From the IMG/VR virus record IMGVR_UViG_3300047550_001767, positions 1-64,000 of that record: a stretch of 64,000 nt of DNA; one strand, written 5' to 3'. Source of the DNA: a virus. A program made the position numbers and the translations under genes. Shown here piece after piece: positions 58,601-64,000 of this stretch (within the stretch, counting starts at the first letter, position 1; each line of letters begins with the position of its first letter). The notes beneath the pieces were generated by a model. It was not told the origin of the DNA. It worked only from the letters and a program-made list of their open reading frames with translations, and did no database searches.

Positions 58601-61600
58601 TTGAAAAAATATCGTACTGAGTCAGGTTGTGATTTTTGTTAAATGTTACTACACAAGTATTATTAATATTACTGCGTACCTGAACTACTTGACCTATTGA
58701 AGTAGGTGTTAATATCTGCCATGAAGATTGATAATCTGCAAGCCATACATAATCTCCCACATATAAATTACCAATTGGGACAATTATATTGTTCTTATTA
58801 ACTGCTGTTGGTAAATTACTGTAAAAATATGCACTCATTTTTACATCATCTAAATTTACATATCCAGCATTTGGATAAACTTGATTTGGTGTATCTTTAG
58901 GTAGTAAAGGTAATACATATGCGCTATCAAGCGGTCTACCATAATTAAACAATGAATAAAGCGGAGTTAATTGCTGCGCCCCCTCAACATTATTACCGTC
59001 TGTTAATCCTATGATTGCAGGGTTGCCAGTCAATAGATTTTCATATAGTTTTAATTCTAAAAAGTTTGCATTTAGAACGCCACCAAATGTACCTTGCAAG
59101 ATAGCCCAATTTTCGTAAACATCGTAATCAATTCCACCTTGTGGTAGATTTGCACCCTTAAATGCTTTCATCGCATTCAATGTACCTTTTTGTTTAATTA
59201 GATTTTTATAAACGTTAACCTGAGTAATATCTGTAAGGTCTGCGCTAGCCATATACTCTCTAGGTCTAAACCCTATTAAACTAAAACTTAATAAATCGGC
59301 GTCATTTTCAAGATTGGCTTCATCAGCATTATAATATAATGTGCTTTCGTAACTTCTTGTACTGCTATTTGGTAATAAACCTTTTTGTAGTTCATCATAA
59401 TCAGTTACACGCCATTCGTTCTGTTTAAATTCTTTACCTGGTTGAACGATTGTTAATGCTGTAAAAAATTTATTTTTATACTTGACCACAGAGCCCCTGG
59501 TGTATTTTACCTCAGGGTTCCATTGTTCCACATTATCCTGATTATATATAAAGCCACTTGCGAACATAGTGCCGTTCCATTCTGCACTCTTAGTTCCTCG
59601 GACGTAAATACGATTCTGTTTTAAACCAGAAACAAGATTATAGATAACATCATTAAACAGAGTTGTATTTTGAAACACTATGCCATGTTCTATGTTGCTT
59701 AAATTAAATTGCCCATAAGATATAGCATCCCCTGCATTTAATGCAGTAACACTAAACTTATTACTATCTCTTACTATGTTTAAATCTTTATTTTGAATTG
59801 GATATAAATTGTTATTTAAAACAAAATTTGTTTGTGCATATGTTAAAGGCTCAACCACTAAACTTTCTTTGTCTATGGTTAGTTTACTTGCTGCTGGATT
59901 TAGTGTAAGTACGCTTCCTACACTCCAACCAGTCTGACTCCAATACAAGAATTCTGCTACCATTTGTGACCAATTTATAACGATATTTTGTACTTGATCG
60001 TCAAATACAGCGCCCTTACTTGTTAAGTATGCTCCGTAACTTAGTAAAAATTGACTTACTTCTGTTATAGTATAGAAAATAGTTCCATATGGTACTATTT
60101 CTTCATCGGTACTATATGTGGTACATACATTTACTACCGCATCTTGAACATCAATTTTTTCTTTTGGTCCATTTACTATTGGTTTTAAAATTTTAAAATA
60201 TGCATTAGTTTGGTTATTTCCAAATACAGCATATCCAGTACTTGTTAATTGAACTATTACTCCACTATAAACTATACGAGCTTCAGGTACATTTTGATAT
60301 AATAATACTTGATAACTCTCATCAGGAATCATTAATGAACTGTTTCTACTATCTGGTGTACTCTTTTCAACAAAGAATTTTAACAATGTTTTATCGCTAA
60401 ATCCTGCAAGGCGGAATACAAGTCTTACGTCAAGATTAGAAAGTAGTTTTGTGATGTTTGCTGTAGCATCAACTCCTAATTGCTTTTCATAATCTACGAT
60501 CCAGTTTATATAAGATGTTTTGGCAACTCCGTTACCATAAATTTGTATTTGATCGGGTATAAGGTGTGTTCTACCATTAACTAAAAATTGATCAAACTCA
60601 ACATTATATTTGTAATTGTCTAAATCAGCGCCTAAGTTATAGAATTCTGCTGGCTTTAATAAAGATTGAAGTCTTATTAAATCAAACGGATATGTTGAAC
60701 TCTTACGATAAGAATATTCAACTGGCGCATCATCGCCAACTCTCCAACTTCTTTGAAATGTTAAATTATTGTAATTTGATATTACAGCGTCAAGTGGCTG
60801 ACGTAAGTTGCCGTCGCTATCTACAGGTATTACGCCTGGCCAACTTGTTTCTGGGTTAGGCATTAAGCCTGGCTGACCATCACGTTTTCTCTTGTAAAGA
60901 GTTCTGATAACTGGAACCCCATTATTGTAATCGTAGCCATCTTCCATATCTTGCCATAACAATAGGTTGTCGCTTGTATATGGTGCTGGGCCATAACGAT
61001 CTTCCCACCAATCTGGTTTATTGGAATAGCCAATCATAGCCCATGGTGTTAAGTTAGGTGTTGATGTGTCATATAGATAAGTGTAAATACCGCGCCAATT
61101 ACCTTGAAGTACTAAAGAATTTTCTAACTTTAATGTACTTTCTCTATAATTGTAAGTGTAGGGATCATTTGATTTATAAAGTTGCACTTTATAATCTAGT
61201 CTATTTTGTCCAACCCAATCTAAGAAATTTTTACTGTATATAGATGTCCACTCTGCATAGTCTAATGCTGTGTCTCTAAAGTATCCAGGAATAGTCTCTG
61301 CTAAATTAAACGGCAACGTTCTACTTAACTTAAGGTTGTTATAAATTCTAGTTTCAAACTCTAATAGAATCTGATCTCTAAAATCAATTAACATACCTAA
61401 TGTTTCATTGTAATCACCATAAAGTTTATTATATGAACCGTCATGCCCTTGTATAAAATATGTTGGCTGGCTATAAGTGGTATCTAATACTACTGATGGG
61501 ACATATGCAGGATACAACCCAAGTTTAGTAGGAGTGTTTGGAACATATGATCCATATGTTTGATTATATTCTTTGATTATAACTTTATCGCCACGCAATA

Positions 61601-64000
61601 AATCTTTTGTGATAGTTAAACTTGGACTATCAGTGCTTACGTTATAATCAATATCTATAATAAGTTGTTTTACAGTTACAACTCCTTGTATTGTTCTTTG
61701 AATATAAACTAATAAGCCATAATAATTAGCACTTGTAAAATCATAAACTCTACTTAATGGGAAAATACTAGTATCCGAATCATTAGCAAAAGTGTAAACG
61801 TTGCTTATATATGCGGCTTTATTAGGCAACATGTCGGACCAAAAGAATGGTTGCTCTTGATTTTTTGTTGCGGTGATGTCAGCGATTGCCTCATCTAATA
61901 GTAGCGATGGATCAAACTTTTGATCATTAGCAATTCTGTTAATAGCATCAACTAGTAGAGTTTTATATTTTATATACTCTCTACTATTAAACAATAATGA
62001 GTCTGATAAATTAAATCTAGGCTCACGTAAAAACGCTCCAGGCAATACTAAACTTGCACTATTTTGTATTATCTTAGTCCCCCATGGAACTAAATTACCT
62101 AAATCTCTATAATTGTTTGAACCAAAAACTTGTCCAGTAGTATCTGGGTTATTATCAAAAATACTTTGGTATTGGCCACGTATGTCTCCAATATCAACAC
62201 TAACTGGATCTTCATTAAAAGGATTGTTAGATAAGTTAATTGGAATAGTGTAGTAAGCGTTAGAACTTGTTTTATCGCTTAAAATTAAAACTTGTATAGG
62301 GGTATCAACATCCTTGTTTAATTTTACCGTTATGATTGTAGAACTGCTAGTATTTTCAACTGTATAGTCAACACCTTCAGTTAAAATTTCATTATTATTG
62401 TATACTAGTAAACTTGGCCATATTGTTTTATCTACATTTAATTGGGGTATGTCTACCGTAAATGTATAGTCAAAAGTTTCGTCTGGTGTTAATACAAGAG
62501 GCGTAATATTTGCAGTATAATTAAACAAAAATGCTTGATATTGTGTGCTTGGCGCAACTGCTGTTTGCCATCCTGTTAATCTTACAAACTCATTTGATGT
62601 GAGGTAATTGTGTACAAATCCATTTTTAACAGTTGATGTAATTGAATTACCATTATCGATATAGTCAAATGTTTCTGTATTCAAATACACTTGGAAACTA
62701 ATGTCTCCGACATTGTTAATTGAACTATAACTTATAGGAAAACCTAATATAGTATCGTCTACGCCAACTCCCAATTTATAATTAAAGAGTTTGTTGCCTT
62801 TAAATGTTGTTGATTGGTAGACTGCTTTATTACCATAACTACGTCCATTTTCATCAAATAAATCAAACAATGGAGCCTGATTAACTATTTGTTTTTGTTG
62901 TGCTTGAATGTATTCTGTACCGTCGTAGTAGAAACTAAAACCTTTATAATTAAATCCACGAGAAACATAAAATTGATCGTTTTCTACAATAGGACTATCA
63001 AATGCTTCTGTTAAATTAATAACTGGGAAAGGTTCACTTCCAGTATTGTTAAAATTGACAACAAATATTTTATTACGTGTTTGGCTATCTGTATCACCAG
63101 CAAAAACTATTCTTGCCCCTGCAAATACTTGTAAATCTGTATTATCTTTAGTGCTGGATACAAAACTTGCATTACTTATTGTAGCAAGTACGTCTGTAGG
63201 TATAGGCCAATATACTGTTAATACATAATAAGAATAATAATTGTTGTCGATAGACAGAATTCTTGTACCAGTTGGTAATCTGCTTTGTTCATTTATTATT
63301 AGGTCGTTAATCCAAGCACCTTGACTAAATGTTCCGGTTACAATATCATCAGCCGGAATAGAAATTGTTGTTACTGTTTTTGATTTTGCTGTACCATCAC
63401 CTTGAATTGCTGTGCCGGTGCCGAAAGCACTACCTGTCGCTGTAAATATTTCACCTACAGTAGGAGTTGCGCTGGCTCCTATATTTTGCCATTGTGTAGT
63501 TCCTAAAGTAATGATAGTATATTGATTACCTGCAACCAATGATTGCGATTCTGTAATTCCAGTTCCAGTAGACTTAAATAAAGTTTTAAGTGCTGTACCA
63601 CCACCGCCGCCTGCTCCCGGATAAGCACAAGTAAAGATGCTCTCAACATTGTACGTTACTGCTGTGGTACCTGCGATTGCATTCCATTCTGCTTGTGTTA
63701 ATGTACCTAAGTCGGTAATAATATACTCAACTCCCACTTCAAATCCGCCATCGCTATCCTGTTCACTACCTAATGCAATCCATGTGTTTGGAGTTGTTAA
63801 ACCTAAACTTAAAATTTGGTAATATTGATTTGATAGTATGCCTTCTAATGTAACATTAGGAGGAGTATAAATGGTTCCTGTATATTTGGTATAAGTTTCT
63901 ACGTCTGGATAATAATTTTGCTGACCTTCTACTAGATTGAAGGCATCTGTTGTTCTATAATCAATAAAGTCTATACCTTGTTTACCTACAGAACCACTAT
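46689..64000 (-). CDS. Giant virion protein (baseplate wedge/adhesin-like), >5,700 aa, 5'-truncated by the window
   Basis: The frame stays open from 63737 to 64000 (checked codon by codon). It contains FG-GAP-like, BNR/Asp-box-like and G.P(V/I).F...G..YYV repeats, a KPYH motif, and is Thr/Asn/Ser-rich. Confidence 0.8.
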   Translation of the reverse strand, partial: SGSVGKQGIDFIDYRTTDAFNLVEGQQNYYPDVETYTKYTGTIYTPPNVTLEGILSNQYYQILSLGLTTPNTWIALGSEQDSDGGFEVGVEYIITDLGTLTQAEWNAIAGTTAVTYNVESIFTCAYPGAGGGGGTALKTLFKSTGTGITESQSLVAGNQYTIITLGTTQWQNIGASATPTVGEIFTATGSAFGTGTAIQGDGTAKSKTVTTISIPADDIVTGTFSQGAWINDLIINEQSRLPTGTRILSIDNNYYSYYVLTVYWPIPTDVLATISNASFVSSTKDNTDLQVFAGARIVFAGDTDSQTRNKIFVVNFNNTGSEPFPVINLTEAFDSPIVENDQFYVSRGFNYKGFSFYYDGTEYIQAQQKQIVNQAPLFDLFDENGRSYGNKAVYQSTTFKGNKLFNYKLGVGVDDTILGFPISYSSINNVGDISFQVYLNTETFDYIDNGNSITSTVKNGFVHNYLTSNEFVRLTGWQTAVAPSTQYQAFLFNYTANITPLVLTPDETFDYTFTVDIPQLNVDKTIWPSLLVYNNNEILTEGVDYTVENTSSSTIITVKLNKDVDTPIQVLILSDKTSSNAYYTIPINLSNNPFNEDPVSVDIGDIRGQYQSIFDNNPDTTGQVFGSNNYRDLGNLVPWGTKIIQNSASLVLPGAFLREPRFNLSDSLLFNSREYIKYKTLLVDAINRIANDQKFDPSLLLDEAIADITATKNQEQPFFWSDMLPNKAAYISNVYTFANDSDTSIFPLSRVYDFTSANYYGLLVYIQRTIQGVVTVKQLIIDIDYNVSTDSPSLTITKDLLRGDKVIIKEYNQTYGSYVPNTPTKLGLYPAYVPSVVLDTTYSQPTYFIQGHDGSYNKLYGDYNETLGMLIDFRDQILLEFETRIYNNLKLSRTLPFNLAETIPGYFRDTALDYAEWTSIYSKNFLDWVGQNRLDYKVQLYKSNDPYTYNYRESTLKLENSLVLQGNWRGIYTYLYDTSTPNLTPWAMIGYSNKPDWWEDRYGPAPYTSDNLLLWQDMEDGYDYNNGVPVIRTLYKRKRDGQPGLMPNPETSWPGVIPVDSDGNLRQPLDAVISNYNNLTFQRSWRVGDDAPVEYSYRKSSTYPFDLIRLQSLLKPAEFYNLGADLDNYKYNVEFDQFLVNGRTHLIPDQIQIYGNGVAKTSYINWIVDYEKQLGVDATANITKLLSNLDVRLVFRLAGFSDKTLLKFFVEKSTPDSRNSSLMIPDESYQVLLYQNVPEARIVYSGVIVQLTSTGYAVFGNNQTNAYFKILKPIVNGPKEKIDVQDAVVNVCTTYSTDEEIVPYGTIFYTITEVSQFLLSYGAYLTSKGAVFDDQVQNIVINWSQMVAEFLYWSQTGWSVGSVLTLNPAASKLTIDKESLVVEPLTYAQTNFVLNNNLYPIQNKDLNIVRDSNKFSVTALNAGDAISYGQFNLSNIEHGIVFQNTTLFNDVIYNLVSGLKQNRIYVRGTKSAEWNGTMFASGFIYNQDNVEQWNPEVKYTRGSVVKYKNKFFTALTIVQPGKEFKQNEWRVTDYDELQKGLLPNSSTRSYESTLYYNADEANLENDADLLSFSLIGFRPREYMASADLTDITQVNVYKNLIKQKGTLNAMKAFKGANLPQGGIDYDVYENWAILQGTFGGVLNANFLELKLYENLLTGNPAIIGLTDGNNVEGAQQLTPLYSLFNYGRPLDSAYVLPLLPKDTPNQVYPNAGYVNLDDVKMSAYFYSNLPTAVNKNNIIVPIGNLYVGDYVWLADYQSSWQILTPTSIGQVVQVRSNINNTCVVTFNKNHNLTQYDIFSIINFDSSVNGYYVATQIINPREVLINLTLPNSTTILTGQGIGLKFATQRVAQPSDIQNLPLQNSQFVKNTVWVDTNTDGDWAVYRKNIAYKFDVEFARTNSIEFGTSVAYTKLSDYLIGDAPLGKVIRYQYDSFTETYEEDQTLTNDVSFGSSITHEQNIYAISQPTTNPTVFLYTVNNTTVSDNIIPYQTITAASNVATSGSTNFGSATALSGDLNWLFISDYNEATPTARNKVHVYHRNNTLTSAGSFTIGATYQITSIGTTDFTTVGAVSNEVGIYFIAEGVGSGDGIATQCDYQYCKTINSGSTSPDLYGQSIATNYYGTTLVVGAPHVDTDIVENYGNAYVYDRLVQNIEINQAYNSLEPAAFNLAWTPNSTFTTVTKNGIVVDSSNYSFVGSILEYSGEFQYGDIITVSGDEFVLIQTFTNQQTPRTGVKFGYSLDTNTFGTEILIGAPFYLDSQNIEGGVFRYTYGSARFGYIVGDTDVDVTTTRQLLINGYLVEILAGDADQAAAVINSAKITNIVASAVDGKLMIGLANQDIANVNQELLLSAPDPDTFTELGLEVYKLTQIIQNPNQAGASQFGTTVKFNEHNSVAVSAPVATRYALTTFDFTDDANYNNDTIFDNNSTQFLDSFNNAGAVYTFDYLGNFHESLTNIGAYTFAQSVNSQSLVYGSQPKYGFAIDWHDNKIIVGSPYFSQTLFDGQVIIYKNVTGTNNWVVHRQSNPIVDINKVENIQIFSAETNNTLINLDYIDPLQGKILGAVRQNLDIVGNTDPASYNNVANIRGIVWGSAQVGTIWFDTSNIRYLNYHQNDNVYNSRYWGQLFPGSDVAVYTWIGSSVPPLQYQGAGIPKDVTAYTVQTVINSSNTVTPVYFFWVRNSGIIFGNKTLADVSIAGYIANPQSSGISYFAPLAQDTFAIYNCKPYINANDSVLHIGYVTGQQDNPGHSQYDLIRTNYADDFLPGVPGSFNITQPESLYDRLLDSMAGVDEGGATVPNPFLPKAVQSGILARPRQSFFYNRFKAMQNYLQYANSIMKIYPIAEMRTFNYLNKEGTYYNTTNYWKYVNWWAPGYDDSTKPVLQVQIYADLSTLNVANGTIVNVAMNNKGSTETYRYDSIENYQGNYLSRSSYLAKKVVTYNYTNYISLKDVPPNVFPTDVNYWEPYTGVIGSWVRIGVENGTIQFNSDLFDYQAAGYGFGGTFYDTDSYDIYPSEETRWIMRALNEQIYTNELLIFRNKSLILLFEYIQEETVENQNYLPWLNKTSLVDVSHKVRELKELENFVSDNEQFLEGYVNETKPYHVVVKEFLFDYTGTNVYPGTLTDFDLPAVWDSTINKFVSPQLVYQQVNNDYEFLPDSPVWQEQEYSEWYNNYGLSLAGQDNYPISTIKTYVTTISEVIFVSNIESFPANGTITIGEENISYASVDRLSGYITGLTRGVNQTVVTNHLPGAQIFINLPGVVLLETGRNYANPPRVLAQIDLGQYPAPKVEAVLEAEMSAGSVIGINIIDPGQGYAITPEIVIDPSDSFEFNSSNVNILTNTIEIYAPVLATGDLVRYIEGNINIGGLSNKEYYYINVLDSNPTTILALYNSYSDSINDTNRVKLLSQGSGTQKFDIGARAIPITSSSPVRENNITIRFDRTSYTSQITDWTPNTFYGSEFVGYYLNSSSTSLSLASVQPDINILQASAEGTVFPIFNVSNDRQLDWSSFERTGNSIGANNNITLSYTSSIDDLYPSGSTVGFTIGMPVKFTGNVGTNITAGVTYYVSEIDDLNSFKISETELGPTKVLAPNANVSLTCYTAKVTDTAIITTEYNGIREITGTSASNNTVTIPLTEISSAGTTGMYQKLPVTFSGTLGGGLEDGRVYYVLSLLGSESFSVSENDTPITVIVTSTNLANQLFVQNTNGLAIDDPIVFDSISINGSSSNTFGNIEKQKIYYILTIGVNEITISETKGGPVFTTGVVTESSGNYCYITSQTTAKTLTNSSFNGTVTLSLPVSPGQVNGQQLTFYPTSQNFANITGANLVYGNLIQTNINAALASTNIISVESIKGMYTNFPFTVDANISTLQTGKTYYAYDVSKIQVYIKTTTAETTSFEATFTGDEMNVTSITGGTPTLYPGSLITGTGVEENTYIVSYGTGSGGVGTYTVNKIYFVPVTTTDAESQSGVLTLADDYTTDMIYEGMPIKFSGAVVFGNLVPNFTYYVRYIINSTTFTVSEVLMEGATVTTIGNGNMLGTGSNSAKVYLPVGTLIDGDQYEIKNLGTTDEATWQSLGATYVLYGGGVGTTASVVAGNYYIINDTNTTSNLFWSVVAGTNVTVAQNDIIYAEVSSTMSSVLDGTAFKIDFTCTSSPQTGNGQATVVLTDDISTVKLNQEIIQSPTFDVGYVLGGYNVIINDGGLGFTQNNTITIPGTALGGLTPDNDLILTVSRINALVSGTYSWSLPEESNGIITKVIASGTPIGLTSNYFVKVDGENTFKLYSDPLLTIPVSGLTLPYEGITQTTIANVVSSTNDINLYDATNLDINDAIVFTELNDSGFTIEEGSKYYIVYKSGNTIRVSDNPGGSVISISSVTIPVSGSYLPGEGPVVAKAGSFALLSEPFYFNPSIVKYNNRVWMCIVSNNDSEFMFGKWEELNSGNRKLNALDRAVGWYRPTVNMPGLDLPQLFTGLTYPNATYKGNKFEPDQQFALDTQLVDRPFDITHINIPKVVFNGTNYIGPINTPAYSGMVADLEVTDDWAISVLANQTLDFTDIIKVQNLYVVTSTNKPTPILISSDQVNWNTNGYIVPLGTPANSIEFDKVRLIASGLELNSVVYHNNLYVAAGNKVVTSANGTLWFERGVLASTQELFDVQYVTSADFDGYITVGKNGAAGLILISEDGLNWENTTPSGIVYSWYAATSGFNNIYVVGNFNIIAKSTDGINWIQVNTPTSGRLNDILFADNTLVAVGENGLLLVSTDGNTFVQKTTGTTETLNGISYVSEKGEWTIVGNNNTVLQTTNITAPTITWDNTQIFTGPQPKYTVVGDPFQAGYGPEEMVPGNVDDNVTIIVNTRAGTNWPAVEYAHVGYDVVSTIYDLNTENEYTFANIVQTPAYISVFKVTDGVGISLYDTLDYTVDWVNKTVTLNDILLAGEQLRIDVYQVGNGDQLVKSSTDEDPIELNEVTGFSEIALDCNYTRLDFNGNGIVQPDSYPISVEATETDSGNDYIICTDISQFTVNDEITFVGAVFGGVVANVPYYVKSINEVRKAITISDTLISGVAGPTFDLSTDTGSMIVVIQKTSGQFYTEPAVFCNGIKLNSGLTNYVISTKSSNNSIVTFSTSGLIVDQPIVFSNTIFGGITHGETYYIHEILSATEFTIEDQYGNVVVLTNGSGTAIFITNDYAAMLADNQINAKIVFAKDYDIAGDYISYSFFGKTEPLQYGYTLPQTQTFNGDGTQGPYTLDNFIGGDNPQNAIVEINGLRLTPDQYGINFAGQEITFVSISPNITDNIAVTTFNDTERQYLFTNTFTNNTTSAITSINTLASPVVVTTSTNHNLVNNDVIRIDGCVGATQLNNDRFIVQKLTNTTIALYEYIPGQTYNTSAPIQYIDTYISGGYVWIDTTYIIENMYVTSSGYNALTEQWTLNVSEVDGLVAGTPVYFTEDNIELGDPTSVPQVIAGQKYYIKGINEFTNEFTISATLDGAALTLSSQALINIRVTQWEQTNTDRLWVTVAGKRVNSNNLVIYEGNQIGILTEISSSDEVVITSMMPSATPNAQTYINIVDKDNQGKVYRANTDTRTWLADTVGEYDTNIVVHDVTKLVDTTTQNNTTPAAVLGYHSIGLLVKRFDILQVRVFNNNPARLGYIDQDYLKLEVFGIGPYISIESGSWIETGDELTIIILEGKTLYVKGEYMNIINVDLNNHIINVQRGAQGSPVNSIIPKYTTIYGLLTANKMSNTYYNQTWNPIPGVYNTTKGDPLQIASGIAPDFLNMDVT

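Noticed and set aside
785-63822. The many short plus-strand ORFs and nested alternate-frame minus-strand ORFs in the track
   Set aside because: They are shadows of long, motif-bearing minus-strand genes and have no recognisable motifs.
1-64000. Alternative genetic code or cellular origin
   Set aside because: ORFs tile the minus strand tightly in the standard code. Virion genes, T4-like promoter motifs and the lack of cellular housekeeping operons indicate a phage.

Overview
This window is a gene-dense, AT-rich segment of a large (jumbo, T4-like) tailed bacteriophage genome, and every credible gene is on the minus strand. In transcription order (right to left) it contains four blocks. (1) A virion block at about 44-64 kb: a >5,700-aa baseplate/tail adhesin-like protein open to the window edge, plus tail fibre-type proteins. 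(2) A ~33-kb tailoring-enzyme cluster at about 11-44 kb: several glycosyltransferase-like proteins, six tandem radical-SAM enzymes, four SGNH-like proteins, a nucleotide-sugar dehydrogenase, a B12 radical-SAM enzyme, a short DegT-type aminotransferase, an amidinotransferase, a carbamoyltransferase and a 2,709-aa protein with ~29 tandem repeats. (3) A 3.6-11 kb block: speD, an unassigned structured ncRNA, a DNA methyltransferase, a circularly permuted two-piece tmRNA (tag ANDETFALAA), a probable head-packaged polyprotein and an APS-kinase/nucleotidyltransferase fusion. (4) An early block with sigma70 promoters and IHF sites, a MoxR-like AAA ATPase, nadE and an HExxH metallopeptidase. A T4-like late promoter motif (TAAATA) recurs in the intergenic gaps. 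All protein assignments come from motifs recognised by eye, and no database search was run.
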